Shown here: positions 1 to 10,999 of the stretch, one piece after another | Numbering within the stretch: the stretch's first letter is position 1 | How the letters are laid out: each line of letters opens with the position of its first letter | NCBI RefSeq assembly: GCF_001194135.2 | Contig: NC_068989.1 | Location: forward strand, 21,722,912 to 21,756,726 | DNA length: 33,815 bases | Direction of reading: 5' to 3' | Source of the DNA: Octopus bimaculoides | Taxonomy: Eukaryota | Position numbers and translations under genes: made by a program | Notes under the pieces: generated by a model | Seen by the model: only the letters and a program-made list of their open reading frames with translations | Databases searched by the model: none | What the model was told of the DNA's origin: nothing

Positions 1-188
1 ATTTAAATTTCTTTTCTATTTGAAAATTGGTTATGAAACACGTGTAATCTTTTTATTATATTTATCTTATGATATTTACTTTACTTTATATTATACTAAT
101 TTATTGTGCTTTTAATTATTAATTTTTCTATATGTGATAGTGGATTTTCATCGATGAGTTCTTGAAAATTGGTTATTTTCCCTAAAAC

Positions 189-257
<69 letters not shown>

Positions 258-310
258 TTATGTATGTATGTATAAGTATACGTATGTACGTATGTATGTA
301 TGTGTATGTG
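189..310. repeat. Compound microsatellite (TA)n(TG)n(TATG)n
   Basis: Directly visible; explains ORF 188..406 (HTHT/YIYI). Confidence 0.95.
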
Positions 311-660
311 TGCATATTGAGTGCTGCCTACGTAAGACACTATGAATTCAGTAATACAACCTAAAAAGAGACAACCTACAAACACAGGAAACACCCTATA
401 CTGCAATTATCCATTGAAATAAACTTTTACCAGCAAACCAATAACTAACGCATTACACGCTCAGCACGCAACACAATAGGAATACAACAAAAGACTATAC
501 CACACCTCAAGAGAAGAAAAAAAAAAAACTAACCGAATACAATACCGGGAAAAATTTGCACACTCCCGACAACAGAAACGAACGCAAAATGCTGCACACA
601 CCCCCAGCAACACAGAAGTGATGCTGTCGAAATTTGCCTCAAACTACCAAATGTTGAACA

Positions 661-676
661 ATAATATAATAATAAT

Positions 677-736
<60 letters not shown>
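661..736 (+). repeat. (TAA)n microsatellite at the 5' junction of the R4/Dong element
   Basis: Directly visible; gives the poly-Ile run in ORF 618..1463. Confidence 0.95.
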
Positions 737-1647
737 TGACAAAGCCTTTACCCACCAATGGTTAATGGCCTCTGGCTTGAAATCAGAAACAGAGGGGTTT
801 ATCATAGCAGCCCAAGATCAATGCCTACCTACAAAGAACTACCAGGCCAACATATTAAAGATCGGCAGCTCCCCATTATGTCGTATATGCCAACAACAAA
901 ATGAGACCATCGATCATGTTGTCTCCATGTGCNNNNNNNNNNNNNNNNNNNNNNNNNNNNNNNNNNNNNNNNNNNNNNNNNNNNNNNNNNNNNNNNNNNN
1001 NNNNNNNNNNNNNNNNNNNNNNNNNNNNNNNNNNNNNNNNNNNNNNNNNNNNNNNNNNNNNNNNNNNNNNNNNNNNNNNNNNNNNNNNNNNNNNNNNNNN
1101 NNNNNNNNNNNNNNNNNNNNNNNNNNNNNNNNNNNNNNNNNNNNNNNNNNNNNNNNNNNNNNNNNNNNNNNNNNNNNNNNNNNNNNNNNNNNNNNNNNNN
1201 NNNNNNNNNNNNNNNNNNNNNNNNNNNNNNNNNNNNNNNNNNNNNNNNNNNNNNNNNNNNNNNNNNNNNNNNNNNNNNNNNNNNNNNNNNNNNNNNNNNN
1301 NNNNNNNNNNNNNNNNCCTATTGTCATAGGTGCCCTGGGAATGACAACGAAACGGGCTGATTACTACCTAGCTCAGATACCAGGAAACCCCAAAATGGCT
1401 GAAGTTCAAAAGATAGTGCTCATGGGAACTGCCCATATCCTACGTAAAATACCGTCTATGTGATCTCAAATTTTAAAGCAAAAATAATTTTCTTATGGTT
1501 TCTTAAATATTCACTAGAACAAAACTGTACAAATCCAAATATATGGTACCCTAGGCATAACACCTACATGAACTTGTTCTCTCTTGAGGTCTCTGAGTGA
1601 GACTTGGATCCAACTTGTACAAATGCAAAACAAAAGTCAAACATAAA
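737..1647 (+). mobile_element. 5'-truncated R4/Dong-clade non-LTR retrotransposon (zinc knuckle + restriction-like endonuclease C-terminus + 3' UTR), middle in N gap
   Basis: Frame reads DKAFTHQWLMASGLKSETEGFIIAAQDQCLPTKNYQANILK..CRICQQQNETIDHVVSMC (CCHC knuckle), then after the gap PIVIGALG..EVQKIVLMGTAHILRKIPSM* (stop ends 1463). These are typical R4/Dong C-terminal motifs. About 185 bp of 3' UTR, then (TAA)n at 1648-1685. Confidence 0.85.
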
Positions 1648-1685
1648 ATAATAATAATAATGATGATGATAATAATAATAATAAT

Positions 1686-1766
1686 GTCATAAAATATTGT
1701 CGGCAAAATATCATAAAATATTGTCGGCAAAATGTCATAAAATATTGTCGGCAAAATGTCATAAAA
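1686..1766 (+). repeat. 24-bp minisatellite GTCATAAAATATTGTCGGCAAAAT, ~3.4 copies
   Basis: Directly visible; 8-aa periodicity (PTIFYDIL) in ORF 1551..1754. Confidence 0.95.
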
Positions 1767-2049
1767 GAGCTACAAATACCCAGGGGTAGAACATTTAATT
1801 CGTATTGCTACGACTATAAATATATAAAGGAACATTAAATGAAGTTAAAGAGCAATATTTGCAGAAAGCATACGATCTAATGCTTTCTTTTCAACATTCG
1901 GTATACATCAAAGAAACACTAACTGGATATTTTTCTGTTTTGCTAGTTTATTTCTTTCAATTGCTCTTGTCAGCCTAAACCTGTTTGACTTCTTTTGTAA
2001 AAGAAAAGTTTTACTTGTTACAAACATCTGGCTTTATTGTTCTCTTACC

Positions 2050-2937
2050 AAGGCAGAAGCTAGCAGAAACATTAGCTCGCCGCCGGGTGAAATACTCAGC
2101 GGTATTTCGTCTGTCTTTACGTTCTGAGTTCAAATTCCGCCGAGGTCGACTTTGCCTTTCATCCTTTTGCGGTCGATAAATTAAGCACCAGTTGCGTACT
2201 GGGTCGATATAATCGACTGGCCCCTACCTCCAAAATTTCGGACCTTGTGTCTAGAGTAGAAAAGAATATTGTTTCTTTGCCAAAGCGGCGAACTACCAGA
2301 AACGTTAGCACGCTGGGTGAAATGCTTAGCGCTATTTCGTTTGTTTTTATGTTCTGAGTTCAAATTCCGCCGATGTCGACTTTGCTTTTCATCCTTTCGG
2401 GGTCGATAAATTAAGTACCACTTGCGTACTGGCGGTGATCTAATCACTGGCCCCCTCCCACAAAATTTGGGGCCTTGTGCCTAGAGTAGAAAAGAATATT
2501 GTTCCCTTGCCAAGGCGGCGAGCTGGCAGAAACGTTAGCACGCTGGACGAAATGCTTAGCGGTATTTCGTCTGCCGTTACGTTCTGAGTTCAAATTCCGC
2601 CGAGGTCGACTTTGCCTTTCATACTTTCGGGGTCGATAAATTAAGTACCAGTTACGCACTGGGGTCGATGTAATCGACTTAATACCTTTGTTTGTCCCCT
2701 CTATGTTTAGCCCCTTGTGGGCAATAAAGAAATAAGAAACGTTAGCACGCCAGGCGAAATGCTTAGCAGTATTTCGTCTGTCTTTACGTTCTGAGTTCAA
2801 ACTCCGCCGAGGTCGACTTTGCCTTTCATCCTTTCGGGGTCGATCAATTAAGTACCAGTTGCGTACTGGAGTCGATCTAATCGACTGGCCTCCTCCCCAA
2901 AAAATTCGGGCCTTGTGCCTAGCGTAGAAAAGAATAT
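2050..2937 (+). mobile_element. Four head-to-tail copies of ~230-bp tRNA-derived SINE family A
   Basis: Each has an A-box-like TGGCAGAAACGTTAGC, B-box GAGTTCAAATTCC and body GTCGACTTTGCCTTTCATCCTTTCGGGGTCGATAAA. Copies start ~2050, 2282, 2512 and 2736 (last one 5'-clipped). Resembles described octopus tRNA-SINEs; exact family name not established. Confidence 0.85.
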
Positions 2938-3530
2938 TTTTCCTTTAACTCCTATGAAGCAAATGCATGTATTCAAATTTAGTTGACAAGCGAAAGAATT
3001 AGAAACACGGGTATATCACGTTCGGTTATTTGACTAGACAGATTAGTTTTGTAAAGATACGGCGTAATAATCAGGTGTTTGATCGTTCTGTTACTGTGCA
3101 CCTTAGAAAACGTTGTTCGCTTACTAATGAATAGTTGCTGCTACATCTCCCAAGCATCAATGTGAAATGGTCAAACAACTGATGATGACTGGAAATGCTG
3201 GTATGCTGTAGAGAAATACATGAACTTAAAACAATTAAAGAGAGAAGGGGGGAAGAGAGAGAAAGAGACAGACAGACAGACAGACAGACAGAGTTCTTGC
3301 CTGAGTAAGTGGAAGTCGTTGTTAGAGAAATACATATGAAAGACATGGGAATGACCTATACCTGTTCACGACCACTATTTTGTGGAGCAACGCCCGAGTA
3401 CACAATGTACGTAGCCTGGTGAGTTAGAATGGGTTAGTATAGGAGATTTTAAACTCAAGAGTAATCTGATATGTGCATTATTTACATTATTTACATTCGA
3501 CGGATATTTGTCCTGATCTTGATTGTTGTT

Positions 3531-3576
3531 AACATAACGTTTCGGCTGATATATCCTCCAGCCTTCATCAGGTGTC
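3531..3576 (-). ncRNA. Minimal type I hammerhead ribozyme motif (intact core; GUU triplet; C-A mismatch in helix I)
   Basis: Minus strand GACAC-CUGAUGA-A-GGCUG(gaggauauau)CAGCC-GAAAC-GUU-AUGUU. Confidence 0.7.
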
Positions 3577-3627
3577 TTGGGGAAATTTCGAACCTGGGTT
3601 CTCATCCTTAAGGTGTCATTTCCCCAA

Positions 3628-3673
3628 GACACCTAAAGAAGGCTGGAAGGTATATCAGCCGAAACGTCGTGTT
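3628..3673 (+). ncRNA. Minimal type I hammerhead ribozyme motif (core mutated to CUAAAGA; GUC triplet; intact helix I)
   Basis: GACAC-CUAAAGA-A-GGCUG(gaagguauau)CAGCC-GAAAC-GUC-GUGUU. Confidence 0.6.
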
Positions 3674-4230
3674 AACAGCAAACAAGATGAGGACAAATAT
3701 CCGTCGAATGTAAATAATGTACATAATTCCTCATCTCTTAAATATATAGAACTGTGTGAATCTGATATGTGGTTTTCGTGCTAGTGTGATAGTTACCGGG
3801 GGTCAAATTTTAACTGAAATCCAAAAGTGTTTACAAGTAGAATGGAAGTTATAAAAGATCACAATCTAGATATCTGAAAAAGAAAACTACGAGCATCGGA
3901 CAATGAGTACACATCGAAAAACAGAATTTAACGAATTCTTCAGTGTGTCTAAACTTTGATAAACAAATGTCTACGGTGCGCAATTATCAGTCTCTCATCT
4001 GTTTAATTATCAATTAATGAATTAACTTTTGAATTTATGAATCATAATATTTAAAATAAACATAGCAATCTCTTAGCAATCTCAGCAAATTGGTTGAATA
4101 TGTTCCTGCTGCCATGTTAAATAAACAATGACGAAGAACTTAGTTGCAAAACAGCTGTCTCTGTCTAGGGAGTAACACGACTACATAATACACTCGTAGT
4201 TGTAAACGAAAAAAAGCAAAACGAATGTAT

Positions 4231-4342
<112 letters not shown>

Positions 4343-4694
4343 TCATGCACACACATACGCTTACACTCACATTCAGACATACACATAGACACATATACAG
4401 ACAGCCCCACCCGAATGCAACTAAAATGCACTAAAAAATAGTTTTGGAGTTACTTAGCAATTGCTATTTCCTCACCAAGCAAAAAAACAAAAGTATGCTG
4501 TCGGCATATTCTATTAAAAACTTCTATCTCAGTGTTTTCTATTGCAATCTTGGAAGTAATATTTCCGAATAACCCTTAACCATTTGTCTGTCCTGCATAT
4601 CACATGTGATATTCAGAACATATTTCCCGGCTTTCGGGCTTCGTATATATTTCCGATTTTTTTTTCTTCTTTATCTCTCTTTTACTCTTTTATT

Positions 4695-5091
4695 ATTTTA
4701 CTTGTTTCAGTCATTTGACTGCGGCCATGCTGGAGCACCGCCTTTAGTCGAGAAAATCGACCCCAGGACTTATTCTTTGGATGCCTAGTATTTATTCTAT
4801 TGGTCTCTTTTGCCGAACCGCTAAGTTACGGGGACGTAAACACACCAGCATCGGTTGTTAAGCGATGTTGGGAGGACAAACACAGACACACAAACATATA
4901 CACACACATACATATATATATACATATACATATATACGACGGGCTTCTTTCAGTTTCCGTCTACCAAATCCACTCACAAGGCTTTGGTCGGCCCGAGGCT
5001 ACAGTAGAAGACACTTGCCCAAGGTGCCACGCAGTGGGAATGAACCCACAACCATGTGGTTGGTAAGCAAGCTACTTACCACACAGCCACT
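4695..5091 (-). mobile_element. tRNA-derived SINE family B (CORE-like domain; resembles octopus OR1/OR2), near full length
   Basis: Minus strand: A-box TGGCTGTGTGG, B-box-like GGTTCATTCC, CORE-like GTGGCACCTTGGGCAAGTGTCTTCT, internal (TA)/(TG) tract, tail CCAGCATGGCCGCAGTCAAATGACTGAAACAAG. Matches the copy at 9972. Confidence 0.85.
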
Positions 5092-5744
5092 ATTTTTTTG
5101 TTTTTTTTTTTGTTTTTTTTTTTGTCTTGCACTCACCAGAGTATCCTGCGACTGGTGAAAAGAAAGTAGTATATTACTCAGAAAGTATGAAACAAGGACT
5201 AACTGAAATTATGAAAACAATTATGGAGATTTGGGGGAAATTTTATGAAAATGCATCGGACAGACAAAGGGTTAAATATGACATTCTTTTATTATCTTTG
5301 CATTATTTTTTCCTGTTTTCATTTATTCGACAACGGACGTGCTGGAGCACAACGTAGATAGGTTTTAATCGGTCTCGTCAACTCCAATACTTGGCGCTTA
5401 TCTTCTCGTTCTGTCGAACAATTATGTAACGGGATTTAATGGAACAAAAACATGGCCATCAACACTGATTATTTTAATCGATGAAACAAAGTCCACAAAT
5501 TGAAAGAATACAAACATAAATTACAAGAGTTGCTTCATAATTTCCTAACCAAGTCTGATGATTTGGAGAATCGATTCATAGTTGTTGTTGTCAATGATGA
5601 TTGTCCAGTCCTCAAACCTTTAGTTATGAAATCACCTAATGTGGAAATGGAACAAATAGAATTACAGAAGAACCTGTGTCTCGTAACACGGATAAATATG
5701 CACAGAAACACATTCATTCATACGTACACATACGAGTACATAGA

Positions 5745-5867
5745 TAGGTAGATAGATAGATAGATAGATACTGATATTAATATTAGATACATGCATACAT
5801 GCATACATAATACGCACGCGCGCCCGCACAGTTATACACACACACAGTTATACACACACACAGTTAT

Positions 5868-5898
<31 letters not shown>

Positions 5899-6047
5899 CT
5901 CCCACACATATATGTGTATGTGTACACATATGCATGTAGATATATGCGTTTGCGTATGTATGTGTGTGTACGAACACACGCGCACACATACACGCGCGCG
6001 CGTACGCACATACGTGCCCCCCACCACACACACACACACAAGTACAC
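5745..6047. repeat. Compound (GATA)n/(CA)n/(TG)n low-complexity tract
   Basis: Directly visible; explains ORFs between 5791 and 6106. Confidence 0.9.
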
Positions 6048-6407
6048 ATTTCAGAACTTGCGAACTGTTCATTATAAGTTATCAAGTTATTCAACTTGAT
6101 CAATGATTTCGACCACTGGGCGGTAATTTAAGTCGGATAACGAAAGGATACGAAAATTAGCTGACTTCAAGGAACATGTTATTCTAATTAGCTAGATTGA
6201 ATAAATAATTAATTAAGACGCAAAGAAGAACGATCGAAGGAGAAAAATTGGCTGTCTCGCAGATGTTCCGGCAACATTACTATAATCACATTGAAACACG
6301 TGTTGGGAGGGCCAAACACCCCAGCTTCATCCTGCTTCAGATAAGACGCGAGTAAGCGATGCGAGCTGAGCCTTGTAAAGATTTCTTCGATAAACATTCG
6401 CTCAAAT
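6048..6407 (+). repeat. Left arm of perfect 360-bp inverted repeat
   Basis: Reverse complement matches 6982-7341 with no mismatch found by eye; ORF 6209..6397(-) is identical to the C-terminal 62 aa of ORF 6974..7180(+). Confidence 0.95.
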
Positions 6408-6606
6408 CTAAAATTTCTCGTCTCTCACTTCCTCGTATTACATACATGCATGCCATATGTACGTGTGTGTTTTTGCATGTCTACGTGTGTGGAGGGGTGT
6501 TTGCGCGTGTGTGTACAAGCGCGCGTACGTGCGTCTCTGCGTGCGCGCAAGCTGAGATGCTTTTTAGGAAGTCGCTGCAGTTGGCTAAGTAAATAATAAT
6601 AATTAA

Positions 6607-7607
6607 GTGGTCGGCATTATTTTAAAGGATTTCGGGGTTGTGACAAGAGTAATGACTAACCTGTATAAGTCTCAAGGCTTACAGACAGGCACCTGCAGAA
6701 ACAAGTTCACACTGCCAGCCAGTGTTGTGGCTGTCTGGATCAAACAATCAGGTGAAGTTGCTTAGCCTCGTTCGGAAGACGGTTACTGTCCCATTTCCGC
6801 CTAAAAATGTGCCGAGGGGAAGTTATCCCTGAGAAGCCAGTAATATATTCTCTCTGTAATATATTACTTTGCCTGACTAGCTTGAACAGTCTGTTCTTTT
6901 ACTTCTTATACATCGGGCATATTTCATCGGTCAGGCAGTCCACTGGAGGGCTTGCTGCGCAGCGGCTGTTGATGTGTATATATTTGAGCGAATGTTTATC
7001 GAAGAAATCTTTACAAGGCTCAGCTCGCATCGCTTACTCGCGTCTTATCTGAAGCAGGATGAAGCTGGGGTGTTTGGCCCTCCCAACACGTGTTTCAATG
7101 TGATTATAGTAATGTTGCCGGAACATCTGCGAGACAGCCAATTTTTCTCCTTCGATCGTTCTTCTTTGCGTCTTAATTAATTATTTATTCAATCTAGCTA
7201 ATTAGAATAACATGTTCCTTGAAGTCAGCTAATTTTCGTATCCTTTCGTTATCCGACTTAAATTACCGCCCAGTGGTCGAAATCATTGATCAAGTTGAAT
7301 AACTTGATAACTTATAATGAACAGTTCGCAAGTTCTGAAATTTCCGGAGGTGAACAATCCTTTATCAGACACGTATTCCTTGTGAACGTCCGTTTGAAGG
7401 AGCTCCAGTCCTGGGTCAAGCAAAGACCAAGATTGAGCGTTTGACGTCTATAATATTGTCTGGCACTGACAGCTCTCAACCAACGAATTAATGATGGAGA
7501 AGAGCGCTTCTGTTCTCAGAGAAACTCTGGGCGTCGACAAGAATAAACTGGTTTGTCTGTTCTGAAGATCTTTCAATATGGAAACAATGCATAAATTCCT
7601 GAAATCC
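6607..7607 (+). mobile_element. Decayed Tx1/L1-like LINE fragment A (post-RT region), interrupted by the right IR arm
   Basis: Frameshifted translations VVGIILKDFGVVT..KSQGLQTGTC, EGKLSLR, YILSVIYY, PLEGL..RLLM; after the arm GEQSFIRHVF..KELQSWVKQRPR and LRETLGVDKNKL. The GEQ/ELQSW/RETLG blocks are homologous to copies B and C in this window. Confidence 0.7.
6982..7341 (-). repeat. Right arm of perfect 360-bp inverted repeat
   Basis: Paired coordinates sum consistently (6048+7341 = 6407+6982). Confidence 0.95.
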
Positions 7608-7684
7608 GGGCAGCAGCAGAACCAGGGTGGATGGAAGGTATTTCCAGTTCAGCTGCGCTTGCGTGCCTGAACAGAAGTGTGTAG

Positions 7685-9870
7685 CCACCATGTACAGGAA
7701 AAAACTGTCGGCTGTTACCAGCCAAATATGTCGAGTGTGTAGTTTTGGAATGGACTGAGATGATAGCGGAATCCGTACAATGGTGACAACAGCTATTAGA
7801 CAGAAGTCAACAACCAGCAGTGTTCAAACACTGATCAAATGTGTACAGAAACAGTTCCAACAATCTCATCTGACAAAATTTCAGTGCTTGTGATGCCTTT
7901 TCGAACCAGCAATGCCCTTTGAAAGCACTAGCAGATCAGGTATTTCGAGAAGTTATCCCAAATTACTGGACAGAAAATTCTCCAGACCACACCACCTATC
8001 TGATTCACCTCTATGCTTATAGTTTCTCTGTGACTTCGTTACTTTTCTCCAAGGTGGAAGTCCACAGAATTCCAACATGGCACTTCCACCATCCATATTA
8101 CCTGACTGATAGAGAGCTGTGAGTGCCTAATAACAGCCCATATAGAAGGACTCGGCCTTCGTCTTCGCTTGACCCAGAATTGCATATCAAAGGGACTATT
8201 TATGGTACAATGTGCCGGACTACGAGCAACAACGTCTGCTCGCCGTATAGATATCTTTGTAGATGCTGCAACCGTAGCGCTTGTCTGCGCATCGTCAGTC
8301 ACGACATACCGAACTCTCCATACAGAGACTGCCGGCAGCAGATGAACCGCCTGACTAGTGGAACGCGTCCTATGCTCAAGATGCAAAAAGCAGACACTTC
8401 AATCTGATCACACAAAAACTAGGGCATGTAACGAAAATCAGGCGGCAATATATGATGGAGATGATGTACCCTAACCATTTCCTCGATAGTTTCGACTCAG
8501 TCCATTTCTGGACGAGATTTGTCGCTCTGCTCGTAACCTAATCCTAGTTACTATCCGCCTAAAGGCCTAAGCCGAACGAAGCCCCGAGTAACTTAAACGC
8601 CGCCTCAGTCCAGCATTCGACAACACCGTCCGACGGTAATAATTTTCTTTTCTATGTGCCGAACTAGACTTGTTCGAATAAATTTCTGCTTCAGTCACCG
8701 CGCCTCTTTTAGAAAGGTACTGACCAGCACAACTTCCAAGGTGTCTGACACCATTCAATGACATCGTCTACATATGTTGACATTGCTCTTTCGCGACCTA
8801 GGGAGAACAGTTGCCTTTAAGCAAATCCAGTTTCCGCAGTAATAATTCAAGCTTCAGTGTATACAGAAGAAATTGGAATGGAGTTTATGACTAGAAAGGA
8901 TTTTGGTACGTGGATTTTAAAACGACCACTGTAAGATGCTGCAATACCATGGCGTGATCTAGCCTCCGGAAACTGTTCAACTGATCAATAATAATCAGAG
9001 TCCCACCAAGCATATTATTACTCTTTTTATCGAGGCGGCAGTTATAATGGATTGTTTTCCCACCACTTACCCCTATCCGTTTCCCAGTTCCTGTTATCAG
9101 CTTTTCTTAGCAACTTGAATCTTCTGCTGGAAGCCGCAGCAGGCTGCCAAGATACCCACTAGAGTTTGTCATAGTTTCAGGGCCATAACTCCCCTAGTAC
9201 ACAAGAAAGTGATGCTGGACAGCAACACACATCTTTTTAGAATCGAGTAGCAGGCACCCGTTACGCTCCCTCAAAGTTGAGAAAACTTTCTTGCCACGCT
9301 GTATCCGTCCTGCAAATCTGTCGAATGACTTTTAACTCTAACAATATAGCACCCGTATTGCACACAGATAAAAATAGCCGAGAACCATTGCAATGCCCCT
9401 TCTAATCACCTCTTCTAGTTTGCTCACAATCTCTTTTAATCTATTTTTCTTTAACACTACTTGTTTGCTAAATCATATGGGTTCTATTTTCATCTCCTTC
9501 TTTTACATGCCCTCCAATCAGCTACTTCGCACACTTCCACAAATATATTCCTCAAAAACCTTTCAGACTCCTAAAGAAATCCTATTGTTTTGCGTCTATT
9601 GGGACCGCCTTTACTGCTGATCACAACCAGTACCATTGATTTATTGTTCGGATCCGAGGTACTTGTCTGTGCCTCAAGATCTAAGCCTTTCCAAAGCAAA
9701 ACTGCCACCCTGCATCCTGATTTACTTGACTAGAAGAATACCTTCATATCGTCATCATCGATATGTGTCTATCCCGGAAATGTTGGTCTCGTTGATAGTT
9801 ACTGCAGCTGTATCAAATGATCTGAGGTTACCATATTGTCCAGCAGTCTGACTTATATTATGATTTGTGC
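7685..9870 (-). mobile_element. Decayed Tx1/L1-like LINE copy B (APE start, RT remnants, C-terminal region; internal deletions)
   Basis: Minus-strand frames: VAVLLWKGLDLE (APE; cf. MAVLFRKGLDLQ in copy C), TLIIIDQLNSFRRLDH (DQ.KAFDRVDH-like), LLYTLKLELLLRKL, MSTYVDDV (YVDD at 8763-8774), VPLVRRFICC..GEFGM..MRRQALRLQHL..GEQ, RETISI..WRIF. Many stops and frameshifts. Confidence 0.8.
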
Positions 9871-9971
9871 GCACGAGAGAGAGACAGAGAGAGGTGAGTA
9901 TTATAGATGGGATCGACTCTAGTACAACATTGGTAATTATTTTACCAATACAATTCGATTTGAAAGTGTAG

Positions 9972-10386
9972 AGGCGTGACTGTGTGGTAAGAAGCTTGCT
10001 TCCCAACCACATGGTTCTGGGTTCAGTCCCACTGCGTAGCGCGTTGAGCAAGTGTCTTCTACTATTGCCTCGGGCTAACCAAAACCTTGTGATTGGATTT
10101 GGTAGGCAGAAACTGAAAACCTGTTATATATATGTGTGTATATACGTGTGTGTGTGTGTGTGTGTCAGTGTGTCTGTATTTCTGTGTCTGTGATTGTCCC
10201 CCACCACCGCTTGACAACCGGTGTCGGTGTGTTTACGTCTCCGTAACCTAACGGTTCGACAAAAGAATTTTGATAAAATAAGTACTATGCTTAAGAAATA
10301 AGTCCTGGAGTTGGTTTGTTCGACTGAAAACCCTTCAAGGCGATGCTCCAGCATGGCCACAGTCAAATGACTGAAACAAGTAAGAG
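9972..10386 (+). mobile_element. SINE family B, full length
   Basis: GGCGTGACTGTGTGGTAAG..GGGTTCAGTCCCACTG..GAGCAAGTGTCTTCTACT..(TG)n..CCAGCATGGCCACAGTCAAATGACTGAAACAAGTAAGA. Confidence 0.85.
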
Positions 10387-10999
10387 GGAAAAAATAAAGA
10401 ACAAAAGTCGAATTAAATATTTTTAGTTATTTTATCAATAGCCCGATATTTGAACTCAGAAATACTGTTTAGTTAGCATTTAGCTAAATAAAGTTACTTC
10501 TTACCCCCACCCCCACCCTGTACAATACTCGCTCACACACACAAACGCACACTGAGACCCCCACCTCACCCTTTAGTGGACTGAAATATTGTGCAGCAAA
10601 CAAATTAAGAGCTGTTTTGAAGCGAAACTAAGTACGCTGACCTGAATTAAACCTCCGTCTGCCGATTGAAATAGGAGCAGGCATTCAAATGCGATACTAC
10701 AGGTAATGGTAATGGTAGTAGTGGTGGCTGTTGTTGGACATATGAAGGGTGTTGTTTATTGCTGCAGCATATTTCTACCCTCCTTGTCAATGTCACTAAA
10801 TGAAAAAAAGAAAATTCTTTTGCAAGCAGACACATGTATACAACTCTATGACAACATTCTTAAAACACTCTCTGTACCTCGCAGCCCAGACAAACATTCA
10901 AAACACTTATGCATAAAAACAGTTGTGACTTAAATAACTTCACTAACCCCCACCTCATAATGTCTAGATGTGGTGGTGGTGGTGGTGGTGGTGGTGGTG

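Larger units (their letters stand above)
3476..3758 (+). mobile_element. Penelope-like pseudo-LTR insertion with inverted 5' arm and 13-bp TSD
   Basis: AATCTGATATGTG at 3463-3475 and 3759-3771. Imperfect inverted arms ~3479-3586 and ~3618-3725 around a 31-bp spacer. Each arm carries the CTGATGAAGGC..GCCGAAACGT motif (mutated in the + arm) typical of Penelope-like element termini. Confidence 0.8.

Noticed and set aside
2050-2160. A/B boxes as possible tRNA genes
   Set aside because: The box spacing is too long for a simple tRNA, no cloverleaf was found, and they continue into the SINE body and tail.
5127-5751. Two plausible-looking short ORFs (76 and 83 aa)
   Set aside because: No recognisable domain, no convincing splice signals, and the second lacks an ATG start.
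6181-6407. RTE-like reading of the IR arm (GEKLAV..IETRVGRAK)
   Set aside because: Only vague similarity; the adjoining spacer is better explained as Tx1 on the other strand.
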